From Dichotomicrobium sp. (GTDB lineage: Bacteria > Pseudomonadota > Alphaproteobacteria > Rhizobiales > Rhodomicrobiaceae), in contig DAIMZI010000003.1 of NCBI GenBank assembly GCA_036734025.1, forward strand, positions 6,170 to 70,169: a stretch of 64,000 nt of DNA. The letters are read 5' to 3'. Below, piece by piece: positions 40,368 to 53,948 of this stretch; position 1 is the stretch's first letter, and each line of letters opens with the position of its first letter. The position numbers and the translations under genes are program-made. The notes beneath the pieces are model-generated. The model was given only the letters and a program-made list of their open reading frames with translations. It did not search any database and was not told the DNA's origin.

Positions 40368-40901
40368 ATGACTGACCAGACACAGACGGCCGCCGGCGCT
40401 GTTCCTTGCGCGATGGCGCAAGCCAATCCGGCGCCCCATGACGGACATTTCGTCGTCTGGCCGCACCGCTCGCTAGGCCGGCGTGGCATAGGCGCGGTAC
40501 TGGCCATCGCCGCTCTGGGCCTGACCATCGTCGTGCTGCGCATCCCCGCGCCGGCGGTCTGGTTTCTCATCCTGCCGGCTACGCTGACATTCGCCGGTCT
40601 GTCGGTCGCTTTCTGGATCAGTTCAAGGCGCGGTCAGCGTGCGGAAATCATCGACATGGACCCGCAGGAAGTGCGCGTCGCGGTGCGTTACCGTGGGCGC
40701 GAAGACCTCGTTGCACGCTTCAACCCGCACTGGGTCCGCCTCCAGATCACGGATGATCGCTATGTCACCCGCAGGATTATCATGAGCGAGAGCGGTCGTG
40801 CGGTGTCCATCGGCGAGTGTCTGACGGCGCCAGAGCGCGAAAGCCTTGCCGAGGCCCTGCGCGATCAACTCGAACAGGTGCGAGGGCGCGCGCGCATCTG
40901 A
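40368..40901 (+). CDS. DUF2244-like integral membrane protein
   Basis: Two TM helices are followed by the FNPHWVRLQI motif typical of the family as I recall it. Confidence 0.65.
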   Translation: MTDQTQTAAGAVPCAMAQANPAPHDGHFVVWPHRSLGRRGIGAVLAIAALGLTIVVLRIPAPAVWFLILPATLTFAGLSVAFWISSRRGQRAEIIDMDPQEVRVAVRYRGREDLVARFNPHWVRLQITDDRYVTRRIIMSESGRAVSIGECLTAPERESLAEALRDQLEQVRGRARI

Positions 40902-40951
40902 AATCCCCCGGCCATATCTTGCGGGGCCGGATTTGCCCGGCCTGTCGCCGG

Positions 40952-43720
40952 TCATTCAGCTTCGCGCAGTATCGCCGAAAGCTTTTCCTGAACCCGCCGC
41001 TTGGCTGCATCGCTGGTGATCTTTCGCTGCGACCTGTCGGTCACATAGAAAACGTCGACCACCTTTTCGCCGAACGTAGCCACATGCGCCGATGCAATGT
41101 TCAGGTTCAGCGATGCGAGCGCGTCGGACAATTCATAAAGCAGGCCGATCCGGTCGAGCCCGTTGACCTCGATCACCGTCAATTCGTTGGACAAGGTATT
41201 GTCGATGATCACCTGCGGTTCCACGCTGAACGGTTCAAGTCGCGGCATGGGTTTGCGCTTTTGCGCCATCAGCTTGCGCAGATCGCGTTCTCCCCGCAGC
41301 ATCGCGCCGACCAGGCCGGCGATGCGCTCGGCGCGGTCATTCTCTTCGCCAGTTTCGGGAAACGCTCGCTGAATGCTCAGCGTATCCAGCGCCATGCCGT
41401 CGCGCGTGGTATAGATATGCGCCCCGACGATATGCGCGCCGGCTGCTGAACATGCGCCGGCAAAGATCGCCAGCAGGCGTGGATGGTCCTTGGTGAACAG
41501 GGTCAGTTCGGTCGCCCCCATGCGCTCGGCGGTCTTGACGGCATAGGCAAACGGCGTGGGTTGGTCGGCGCATTCGCGCATCAGTTCGGCATGCTTGACC
41601 TGCGTGTCCAGATCGCAGCGCATCCAGTAGGCCGGATAGTGCCGCGCTATGATCGCTTCAACCTCGGCCTGTGGCCAATGCGAAAGCCGTTCGCGCAGGA
41701 CTGCTTGCGCCCTTTCCACCTTGGTGCTGCGGCTGGCCTGGGAATGGCCGCCGGCAAGGATCGGCTCGGTCTCGGCATAAAGCGTGCGCAGCAACTGTCC
41801 CTTCCATCCGCTCCATACGCCCGGTCCCACAGCGCGAATATCCGCCGCGGTCAGGATCAGCAGCAGCTTGAGCCGCTCCGGGCTCTGCACTATGGCGGCG
41901 AAATCCTCGATCGTCTTGGCATCGGCCAGATCGCGGCTCTGGGCGAATTCGCTCATGACCAGATGCTTTTCGATGAGCCATGCCACCGTCTCGGTTTCAG
42001 CCGCGCTCAAGCCGAACCGCGGACCCAGCTCGCGCGCCACCCGCGCCCCGGCAATCGAATGGTCCTCGTTACGACCCTTGGCGATATCGTGCAGGAAGGC
42101 GGCGACAAACAGCGCCCGACGGTTCTGGATGTTGCGGATCAGATCGGTGGACAGGGGAAGTTCCTCCGCCGACTTGCCATCCTCGATCTTCGACAACTCA
42201 CCGACCGTGCGGATGAGATGCTCATCGACGGTGTAATGATGATACATGTTGAACTGCATCATCGCCACGACGCGGCCGAAATCGGGGATGAACCGGCCCA
42301 GCACCCCCGCTTCATTCATTCGCCGCAGGGTCACTTCCGGGTTCTGCCGCGATGTCAGCAGCTTGATGAACAGTTGATTGGCTTCTTGTGACGTGCGCAG
42401 CTTGTCGTCGATCAGGCTCAACGATGATCTTATCGCGCGTATGACCCTGGGATCGAACATCACCTTGTTCTCTTCCGCGAGCGCGAAGACGCGGATCAGA
42501 TTGACAGGGTCGGCGCGGAACACATCGGGCTGCTTGGCGCTGATGCGCCCGTTCTCGATGCGGAAATCGGTGGTCGCGCTGATCCGCGCCCGCTTCTGCC
42601 AGCTCAGGCCCGCGAGCAGATTGTCGAACCGCTGCGCGCTCTTCAGCTGGCGCATCTCCAGGCTGGCGCAAACGATGCGGGTCAGATCGCCCACCTCCTT
42701 CACCACCAGGAAATAATGTTTCATGAACCGCTCAACCGCGCGCAGGCCCCGGCGCGAGCGGTAATGAAGCTGCTCGGCCAGCACGGGCTGGAGATCGAAA
42801 GACAGCCGCTCCTCCGGCTTGCCGACGAGGAAATGCAGATGGCAGCGGACCGTCCAGAGGAAATCTTCGCAACGCACATAGGCGCTCTGTTCAGCGGGCG
42901 AAAATACGCCCAGCTTGACCCAGTCCTCCTCGGCGTCGCGCGGATAGAGATATTTGACCAGCCAGTGCAGCGTGTGCAGGTCGCGCAGGCCGCCCTTGCC
43001 ATCCTTGATATTGGGCTCGACCCGATAGCGCGACGTGCCCGAACGGTCGTGGCGGCCGTCACGCTCGGCGAGCTTGGCGGCGATGAACTCCTTGCTCGTG
43101 CCGTTCAGGACGCCTGAAATGAAGCGTTCGCGGAAATCCTCGAAAAGCTCGGCATCGCCGAGGATCAGCCGGCAGTCGAGCAGCGAGGTGCGAATGGTCA
43201 TGTCGCGGCGAGCCAGCGCAATGCAGTCATTGACGGTGCGCGTCGCGTGGCCGACCTTGAAGCCGAGATCCCAGAGGAAATAAAGCATCGTCTCGACCAC
43301 GCTTTCGCCCCAGGCGGTCTGCTTGTAGGGGCGCAGGAAAAGCAAGTCGATATCGGATTTGGGCGCCATCAGACCGCGACCATAACCGCCCGTGGCGATC
43401 ACGCTCAGCCGCTCGGCCGAAGAGGGGTTGCTGGCGCGGTAGACATGGGTCGTGATGAAATCATAGATGAGCCGGATCAATTCATCCTGAAAGATCGACA
43501 GGCTTCGCGCACAGTCGCGCCCGCAGCCGGTCGCATCCAGCTCCGCGCGGGCCCGGGCGTGGGCATGCTTCGTCAGCGTCTTGAAATGATCGAGCGCCTT
43601 GGCGCGCAAATCCTTGCTGTCGGCATTGGCGCGCCAGAACGACGTCAATTCCTCGCGCGATTGCGCAGGATCGAAAAATGGGGCGGTCTCGCTTGCCGCA
43701 CTGGGAGCGCGTTGTTCCAT
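40952..43720 (-). CDS. glnD: [Protein-PII] uridylyltransferase/uridylyl-removing enzyme
   Basis: 922 aa with a nucleotidyltransferase domain (GGYGRGLMAPKSDIDLLF), an HD domain (FLHDIAKGR) and two C-terminal ACT domains. Confidence 0.93.
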   Translation of the reverse strand: MEQRAPSAASETAPFFDPAQSREELTSFWRANADSKDLRAKALDHFKTLTKHAHARARAELDATGCGRDCARSLSIFQDELIRLIYDFITTHVYRASNPSSAERLSVIATGGYGRGLMAPKSDIDLLFLRPYKQTAWGESVVETMLYFLWDLGFKVGHATRTVNDCIALARRDMTIRTSLLDCRLILGDAELFEDFRERFISGVLNGTSKEFIAAKLAERDGRHDRSGTSRYRVEPNIKDGKGGLRDLHTLHWLVKYLYPRDAEEDWVKLGVFSPAEQSAYVRCEDFLWTVRCHLHFLVGKPEERLSFDLQPVLAEQLHYRSRRGLRAVERFMKHYFLVVKEVGDLTRIVCASLEMRQLKSAQRFDNLLAGLSWQKRARISATTDFRIENGRISAKQPDVFRADPVNLIRVFALAEENKVMFDPRVIRAIRSSLSLIDDKLRTSQEANQLFIKLLTSRQNPEVTLRRMNEAGVLGRFIPDFGRVVAMMQFNMYHHYTVDEHLIRTVGELSKIEDGKSAEELPLSTDLIRNIQNRRALFVAAFLHDIAKGRNEDHSIAGARVARELGPRFGLSAAETETVAWLIEKHLVMSEFAQSRDLADAKTIEDFAAIVQSPERLKLLLILTAADIRAVGPGVWSGWKGQLLRTLYAETEPILAGGHSQASRSTKVERAQAVLRERLSHWPQAEVEAIIARHYPAYWMRCDLDTQVKHAELMRECADQPTPFAYAVKTAERMGATELTLFTKDHPRLLAIFAGACSAAGAHIVGAHIYTTRDGMALDTLSIQRAFPETGEENDRAERIAGLVGAMLRGERDLRKLMAQKRKPMPRLEPFSVEPQVIIDNTLSNELTVIEVNGLDRIGLLYELSDALASLNLNIASAHVATFGEKVVDVFYVTDRSQRKITSDAAKRRVQEKLSAILREAE

Positions 43721-43766
43721 GATCTGGAGTTTATATCACATGCGCGCCGAGCGCACGCGATGCTGA

Positions 43767-46550
43767 TCATGGCTTCGGAGTGCCCGACACAATCGACTTC
43801 AGCCGGTAGAGCAGTTCCAGAGCTTCGCGCGGGCTGATATGGTCGGGCTCGGTCGCCGCAAGCTCGTCGCGCAACGCCCGCAGGGCTTCGGCGTCTCGCG
43901 CATCGAGCGTTTCCGGCGGCGTCTGTGCTGTTTCGGCAAAGCCGGCGGCGGCAAACAGCGGCAACTCCTGCGTGAGCGCCGCGAGGGCGCCGGCTTTGGC
44001 GCCCGGCTCACCCTGCTCCAGCTTTTTCAGCACCGCGCGCGCCCGCTCCACCACGGCTCTTGGAATGCCGGCAAGTCGCGCCACCTGAATGCCATAGGAC
44101 CGGTCGGCCGCACCCGTCACCACCTCATGCAGGAACACGATATCATCGCCCCATTCCCTGACGCGGATGGTCGCGCAGGCGGCATGATCGAGCCGCTCGG
44201 CGAGCGCGGTCAATTCGTGATAATGCGTGGCGAACATGCTCCGGCAGCGGTTGATGTCATGCAGGTGTTCGGCCGCCGCCCAGGCGATCGAAAGCCCGTC
44301 GAATGTCGCCGTGCCGCGCCCGATCTCGTCGAGAATGACCAGCGCGCGCGGTCCGGCCTGATTGAGGATCGCCGCGGTTTCGATCATCTCCACCATGAAG
44401 GTCGAGCGCCCCCGCGCCAGATCATCTGAGGCCCCCACGCGGCTGAAAAGCCTGTCGATGATGCCGATATGGGCGCTTTGCGCCGGCACGAAACTGCCGG
44501 CCTGGGCAAGCACGGCGATCAGCGCGTTCTGGCGCAGGAAGGTGGATTTGCCGGCCATGTTCGGCCCGGTCAGGATCATCAGCCGCGCCGCGCCCGAGGG
44601 CCCCGGTTCGGCATCGAGCACACAGTCATTGGCGATGAAGCTGCTACCCGGTCCGGCAACACTGCGCTCGACGACGGGGTGGCGGCCTGCTGTGATCGAA
44701 AAGGTGCCCGAGTTGTCGACAAGCGGTCTGACATAGTCGCGCTCCTGCGCCAGTTCGGCCAGACCGCAAGACACATCCAGCGCCGCCGTGGCCGACGCGA
44801 TGTCCATCAGGGCGGCATGTCGAGCCAGACAGTCGCCGCACAGCCCGGTAAAGATGTCCTGCTCCATGCCCAGTGCGCGCTCGGCGGCCAGGGTGATCCG
44901 GCTTTCGGTCTCGACCAGTTCGGCGGTGGTGAAGCGCACGGCATTGGCCAGCGTCTGGCGGTGACGGAAAAAGCCGTCGGGCGCATCCGCAAGGACCGAT
45001 GCATTGGCCGCGCTGACCTCGATGAAATAGCCCAGCACATTGTTGTGGCGCACCTTGAGGCCCTTGACGCCGGTCCGCTGCGTGTAGCTGGCCTGCAACC
45101 GCGCGATGACCGACCGGCTGTCGTCGCGCAGGCGGCGTGTCTCGTCGAGCTCGGCGCTGAAGCCGGCGCGAATGAAGCCGCCGTCGCGCGCATGATGAGG
45201 CAGCGCATCGGCGAGCGCGGCGTCAAGCCGATCCAGCAGCGCCATGTCGGCGCCGGCAAGCGTGGCCATGATGCGCGCAAGCTCTTCCGGGATCAGCCGG
45301 GCTGCGGCCAGCCGGTCATGCAGATCGCGCGCCGTGGCGAGCATGTCGCGCACGGTGCCCAGATCGCGCGGTCCGCCGCGAGCAAGGCTCAGCCGCGAAA
45401 GCGCGCGCGCCACGTCAGGCGCATGGCGCAGCGTTTCCCGCAGGGCCTCCCGCACCGCCATGTCCTCGAGCAGCCAGCCAAGCGCATCCTGACGCGTGGC
45501 AATGGCGGCGGGGTCGCTCAGGGGCCGCGAAAGACGCGCGCAAAGCTCACGCCGTCCCGGGGCCGTCAGCGTCCGGTCGACCGCCCAGAGCAGGCTGCCC
45601 ACGGCTTCGCCGCCTTGCGTGCGGGTCAATTCCAGACTGGCGCGGGTGGCGGCGTCTATGGCCATGGCATCGCCGGTGCTGGCCTTTACGGGCGCGCGCA
45701 ACAGCGGCCGCGCACCGACCTGGGTCAGCTCGACATATTTGAGCAGCGCCCCGGCCGCAGCCATCTCGCCGCGCGAGAATGAGCCGAACCCGTCGATTGC
45801 GAGCGCGCCAAGCGCGGACTTTATCGCGTTCTCGCCTGCCCGGCTGTCGAAATATGCGCGCGGTACGGGCGTTATCGCCGCGCCCGCGCTGCCCGGTCCG
45901 GCGGTCCATGCGGCCCCGTCCGCCTCGTCGTCTCCCGCGACAAGCATCTCGCGTGCAGACAGCCGCGCCAGTTCGCCGGCCAGTTCCTCCTGCCCCAGTT
46001 CACTCAGCAGGAATTCGCCGGTGGACATGTCGAGCGCCGCCAGCGCATAGCCGGCTGGCGGACTGTCGGAGGCGCGCAGCCGATGAACGGCAACGAGAAA
46101 ATTGTTGGCGCCGGCATCGAGCAGCGCATCTTCGGTCAGCGTGCCCGGCGTGACGATGCGCACCACCTCGCGGCGCACGACTGACTTCGCTCCGCGTTTG
46201 CGCGCCGCAGCCGGGTCTTCGGTCTGCTCGCAGACCGCGACGCGAAAGCCTTTGGCGATGAGTTTTTGCAGATATTCCTCGCCGCGCGCGACCGGCACGC
46301 CGCACATCGGGATGTCCTCGCCCAGATGTTTCCCGCGTCTGGTGAGCTGAATGCCGAGCGCCGATGCCGCCTGGCGCGCATCCTCAAAGAACAGTTCGAA
46401 GAAGTCGCCCATCCGGTAGAACAGCAGATAATCGGCATGGGCTGCCTTGATCTCCAGATATTGCGCCATCATGGGCGTTGCGCCGGCGTCCTCGGGCGCG
46501 CCTTGCCGCGCTGGCCCGGCGCGCGCCGGCGCTGATCTGCCGCCGTGCAT
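43767..46550 (-). CDS. mutS: DNA mismatch repair protein MutS
   Basis: TPMMAQYLEIKAAHADYLLFYRMGDFFELFF mismatch-binding N-terminus and Walker A GPNMAGKST. The start could also be ATG 46472. Confidence 0.95.
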   Translation of the reverse strand: MHGGRSAPARAGPARQGAPEDAGATPMMAQYLEIKAAHADYLLFYRMGDFFELFFEDARQAASALGIQLTRRGKHLGEDIPMCGVPVARGEEYLQKLIAKGFRVAVCEQTEDPAAARKRGAKSVVRREVVRIVTPGTLTEDALLDAGANNFLVAVHRLRASDSPPAGYALAALDMSTGEFLLSELGQEELAGELARLSAREMLVAGDDEADGAAWTAGPGSAGAAITPVPRAYFDSRAGENAIKSALGALAIDGFGSFSRGEMAAAGALLKYVELTQVGARPLLRAPVKASTGDAMAIDAATRASLELTRTQGGEAVGSLLWAVDRTLTAPGRRELCARLSRPLSDPAAIATRQDALGWLLEDMAVREALRETLRHAPDVARALSRLSLARGGPRDLGTVRDMLATARDLHDRLAAARLIPEELARIMATLAGADMALLDRLDAALADALPHHARDGGFIRAGFSAELDETRRLRDDSRSVIARLQASYTQRTGVKGLKVRHNNVLGYFIEVSAANASVLADAPDGFFRHRQTLANAVRFTTAELVETESRITLAAERALGMEQDIFTGLCGDCLARHAALMDIASATAALDVSCGLAELAQERDYVRPLVDNSGTFSITAGRHPVVERSVAGPGSSFIANDCVLDAEPGPSGAARLMILTGPNMAGKSTFLRQNALIAVLAQAGSFVPAQSAHIGIIDRLFSRVGASDDLARGRSTFMVEMIETAAILNQAGPRALVILDEIGRGTATFDGLSIAWAAAEHLHDINRCRSMFATHYHELTALAERLDHAACATIRVREWGDDIVFLHEVVTGAADRSYGIQVARLAGIPRAVVERARAVLKKLEQGEPGAKAGALAALTQELPLFAAAGFAETAQTPPETLDARDAEALRALRDELAATEPDHISPREALELLYRLKSIVSGTPKP

Positions 46551-46816
46551 TGATGCGCTCCCTTGATGAATGGATTCCCATTACAATGATACCGCGCGCC
46601 GCGACCGACGCGAAAGAGGGCCGCGCAGGTCATGCACCGTTGCTTTATGTCCCATCGACCGCGATGCAGGGTTGCTCTTGGCGGCGAAGGCTGGCAGGTA
46701 AGTGAAACCCGCGCTTGATGCGTTCTTGGTCGAGGACTAAGCTACGCAACCCGAGGCACCGAGCGAAGGGCCGGCGCGACGACGCGCCGCAACCTCCCGG
46801 AAAAAATGAAAAAACC

Positions 46817-49090
46817 ATGTCGAACCGCTCCAAGGAAACGTCTTTCACCCATCAAGAGGCGCTGAACTATCATCAGAACGGACGCCCGGGAAAGCTGGAG
46901 ATTCATGCCAGCAAGCCCATGGCGACGCAGCGCGACCTGAGCCTTGCTTATTCGCCGGGCGTGGCGATCCCGGTAAAGGCAATCGCCGAAAAGCCCGATC
47001 TCGCCTACGACTATACCAGCAAGGGCAATCTCGTCGCCGTGATCTCCAACGGCACCGCCATTCTCGGGCTGGGAAATCTCGGCGCGCTGGCCTCAAAGCC
47101 GGTGATGGAGGGCAAGGCCGTCCTGTTCAAGCGGTTCGCCGACATTGATTCGATCGATCTGGAACTCGACACCGAAGACGTCGATGCCTTCATCAACGCC
47201 GTACGTTACATGGGGCCATCCTTCGGCGGCATCAATCTGGAGGATATCCGCGCGCCGGACTGTTTCATCATCGAGCAGCAGTTGCGCGAGATGATGGATA
47301 TTCCCGTCTTTCATGATGACCAGCACGGCACCGCGATCATCGCCATTGCCGGGCTGATCAACGCGCTGCACCTGACCGGGCGCGATCTGAAGGACACGAG
47401 ACTGGTCTGCAATGGCGCGGGAGCGGCGGGCATTGCCTGTCTGGAGTTGGTCAAGGCGATGGGCATGCCCAGCGAGAACGCCATCCTGTGCGATACGCGC
47501 GGCGTCATCTACAAGGGCCGCAAGCAGGGCATGAGCCAATGGAAATCGGCCCACGCCGCGGAGACCAGCGCGCGCACGCTCGCTGACGCGCTGGAGGGTG
47601 CGGATGTGTTCTTCGGCCTGTCGGTGGCCGGTGCGGTGACGCCCGAGATGACGGCGAGCATGGCGGACAAGCCGATCATCTTCGCCATGGCCAATCCCGA
47701 CCCCGAGATAACGCCCGAGGAGGTGGCCGCCGTGCGCGATGACGCCATCATGGCGACGGGGCGTTCGGATTATCCCAATCAGGTCAATAATGTGCTGGGC
47801 TTCCCGTATATCTTCCGCGGCGCGCTTGATGTGCAGGCCAGCACCATCAACGAGGTGATGAAGATCGCCGCGGCCGAGGCCCTGGCCGAACTGGCGCGCG
47901 CCGATGTGCCCGATCAGGTGGCCGCGGCCTATCAGGGACGGCGGCTGCGCTATGGTCCCGATTACATCATCCCCGCGCCCTTCGATCCACGACTCATCAG
48001 CCATGTCTCGGCTGCCGTCGCCAAGGCCGCGATGGACTCAGGCGTGGCGCGCCGGCCGATCGTCGACATGGCCGGCTACAAGGCGCGGCTGTCGGAGCGC
48101 ATGGACCCCACGGCGGGCTTCTTCCACATGATCTTCGAGCATCTGCGCGCCGCGCCGAAGCGGGTCGTGTTTGCCGAAGGCGAGGAAGAGCAGGTGGTGC
48201 GTGCGGCCAATGCCTTTGCCGAAGCCGGCCTCGGCGCACCGATCCTGGTGGGCCGCGAGCAGCGCGTCAAGGACGCCATGACCCTGGCGGGCCTGGCGCG
48301 CCGGCGCGGCGAGATCGAGATCGTCAATGCCCGCGTTTCCGCGCGTAATGCCGAATATGCCGAGTTCCTGTACACCCGGCTGCAGCGGGCGGGCTATCTG
48401 CGCCGCGACTGCCAGCGGCTGGTCAACACCGACCGCAACATCTTCGCCGCGTGCATGGTCGCCCTGGGCCATGCCGATGCCATGGTCACGGGTGTGACCC
48501 GCAATTGGGATACCGCCTACAAGGATGTGCGCCTGGTGCTGGATGCCAAGCCGGGCCATACGCCGATCGGCATTTCGCTGGTGCAGTCGCGCGGGCGCAT
48601 GGTGCTGGTCGCCGACAGTTCGGTCCATGACATGCCGACATCGGAACAGCTCGCCGACATTTCGGTCGAGGCGGCGATGGTGGCCCAGAGGCTGGGATTC
48701 ACGCCGCGTGTGGCTCTGCTGGCCTATTCGACGTTCGGCCATCCCACCGGCGAGCGCGCCGAGCGTGTGCGCGAGGCGGTGCGCATGCTCGATGAGCGCG
48801 GCGTCGATTTCGAATATGACGGCGAAATGGCCGCCGATGCCGCGCTGAACCGCAAGGCGATGTCGGTCTATCCGTTCTGCCGGCTGTCGGACACGGCCAA
48901 TGTGCTTATCATGCCGGCATTTTATTCCGCCAGCATCGCCACGAAGATGGTTCAGGAACTGGGCGGGGGCAAGGTTATCGGCCCGCTGCTGGTCGGACTT
49001 GAGCGTCCCGTGCAGATCGCCGGGCTGGGGGCGACCGACAGCGACCTGATGAATTTTGCCGCGCTGGCGGCTTACGATATCGCCGGCTGA
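46817..49090 (+). CDS. maeB: NADP-dependent malic enzyme (malic enzyme plus PTA-like domain)
   Basis: [10 protein letters not shown] and GAGAAGIAC, followed by a C-terminal phosphotransacetylase-like domain. ATG 46817 is used. Confidence 0.93.
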   Translation: MSNRSKETSFTHQEALNYHQNGRPGKLEIHASKPMATQRDLSLAYSPGVAIPVKAIAEKPDLAYDYTSKGNLVAVISNGTAILGLGNLGALASKPVMEGKAVLFKRFADIDSIDLELDTEDVDAFINAVRYMGPSFGGINLEDIRAPDCFIIEQQLREMMDIPVFHDDQHGTAIIAIAGLINALHLTGRDLKDTRLVCNGAGAAGIACLELVKAMGMPSENAILCDTRGVIYKGRKQGMSQWKSAHAAETSARTLADALEGADVFFGLSVAGAVTPEMTASMADKPIIFAMANPDPEITPEEVAAVRDDAIMATGRSDYPNQVNNVLGFPYIFRGALDVQASTINEVMKIAAAEALAELARADVPDQVAAAYQGRRLRYGPDYIIPAPFDPRLISHVSAAVAKAAMDSGVARRPIVDMAGYKARLSERMDPTAGFFHMIFEHLRAAPKRVVFAEGEEEQVVRAANAFAEAGLGAPILVGREQRVKDAMTLAGLARRRGEIEIVNARVSARNAEYAEFLYTRLQRAGYLRRDCQRLVNTDRNIFAACMVALGHADAMVTGVTRNWDTAYKDVRLVLDAKPGHTPIGISLVQSRGRMVLVADSSVHDMPTSEQLADISVEAAMVAQRLGFTPRVALLAYSTFGHPTGERAERVREAVRMLDERGVDFEYDGEMAADAALNRKAMSVYPFCRLSDTANVLIMPAFYSASIATKMVQELGGGKVIGPLLVGLERPVQIAGLGATDSDLMNFAALAAYDIAG

Positions 49091-49222
49091 GCCGTTCATC
49101 TGGCCGGCGCAGACCATCTCCCGGGTTCCGGGCGCACATCGCGTCTTGGGCTGCCGTGTGTTTCTAGCGCTTTTTTAGGCGATGCGCTTGGCAGCAGCAC
49201 CGGCGCGGGCCATACTGCGCGC

Positions 49223-49897
49223 ATGAATGATCCTTTTGCGCCAGAACCGGTCCCGATCGCGGTGATCTCCGATGTGATGTGCCCGTGGTGCTTCATAGGT
49301 ATGCGCCGGCTGGAACAGGCGCTGGGTCAGCTTCCGGAATTGAGCACGGAGGTCAACTGGTGGCCGTTTCTGCTCGATTCGACGATCCCGCCCGAAGGTG
49401 TCAGCCGCAGCGAATATCTGCGCAAGAAGTTTGGCTCTTCCGATGGCGGGGAGATGTATCGCCGGGTCCGCGAAGCCGGTGATGCAGAAGGGATCGCCTT
49501 CAATTTCGACGCGATCGAATTCTCGCCCAACACCGTCGATGCCCACAGGCTCATCCACTGGGCGGGCACGTCGGGGCGCCAGTCCGAGATTGTCGAGCGT
49601 CTCTTCCAGCTCTATTTCGAAGAAGGCATGAATATCGGAGATGCCGATGTTCTGGCGCAGGCCGCCAGCAGTGTGGGGCTGAGCGCGGAGGTTGTGCGAG
49701 CGAAGCTGTCCACCGACGATGACCGTTCGGTGGTGATGGAAATGATCCGCCAGACCCATGCGGCGGGTGTGAACGCGGTGCCCACTTTCATCATCGGCGG
49801 CAAACGGGGCATAATCGGCGCGCAGCCGGTGGAGCTACTGGTCGAGCAGATTTTGCTTGCCGCCGAAGAGTTCGCGGCCTCAAGAAGCCAGCATTGA
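49223..49897 (+). CDS. DsbA/FrnE-family thiol oxidoreductase
   Basis: The VISDVMCPWCFIG thioredoxin-fold motif (CPWC). Confidence 0.85.
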   Translation: MNDPFAPEPVPIAVISDVMCPWCFIGMRRLEQALGQLPELSTEVNWWPFLLDSTIPPEGVSRSEYLRKKFGSSDGGEMYRRVREAGDAEGIAFNFDAIEFSPNTVDAHRLIHWAGTSGRQSEIVERLFQLYFEEGMNIGDADVLAQAASSVGLSAEVVRAKLSTDDDRSVVMEMIRQTHAAGVNAVPTFIIGGKRGIIGAQPVELLVEQILLAAEEFAASRSQH

Positions 49898-53485
<3,588 letters not shown>

Positions 53486-53493
53486 CGCTTGCC

Positions 53494-53760
53494 TTAACTC
53501 TCCAGCCCGTGAAAGCGCCTGAGCTGCGTGACGATCGGCGCGAACATCTCCGGCGCTTCGCCAGCACGTATCCAGAAGTCGATTTCGGGATCGGGCAGGG
53601 CCAGCAATTGTTCGAAAAGGTGGCGTTCATCAGGGCTCATCAACGGCGCGGTCGCATCGGCAAAGCGCCCAAGCAGCCAGTCCATTTCCTTGGTGCCGCG
53701 ATGGCGGGCGCGGTAGAGCAGCCGCCGCGTGCCCTCATCGAGCTCAGCATCCGAGGTCAT
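53494..53760 (-). CDS. sdhE: FAD assembly factor SdhE (succinate dehydrogenase assembly factor 2)
   Basis: 88 aa with RRLLYRARHRGTKEMDWLLGRFAD. It ends 8 nt upstream of the mfd start. Confidence 0.85.
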   Translation of the reverse strand: MTSDAELDEGTRRLLYRARHRGTKEMDWLLGRFADATAPLMSPDERHLFEQLLALPDPEIDFWIRAGEAPEMFAPIVTQLRRFHGLES

Positions 53761-53948
53761 GCCGGCGCTCCTCTGGCTGTGGATGAGGGACGCTTCCTGT
53801 GGACGCGGGATAAATCGTCATGTGGCTGTCCAATGGTTCGCCCTATGTTCCATAGTGACGTTCTTGCCGATCATCAGAAGACCGCGAAATGCTTACGAGC
53901 GATCAGCAACTTTGGTGCCAACAGCCCGAAAATTCGTCGGTGGCGGCC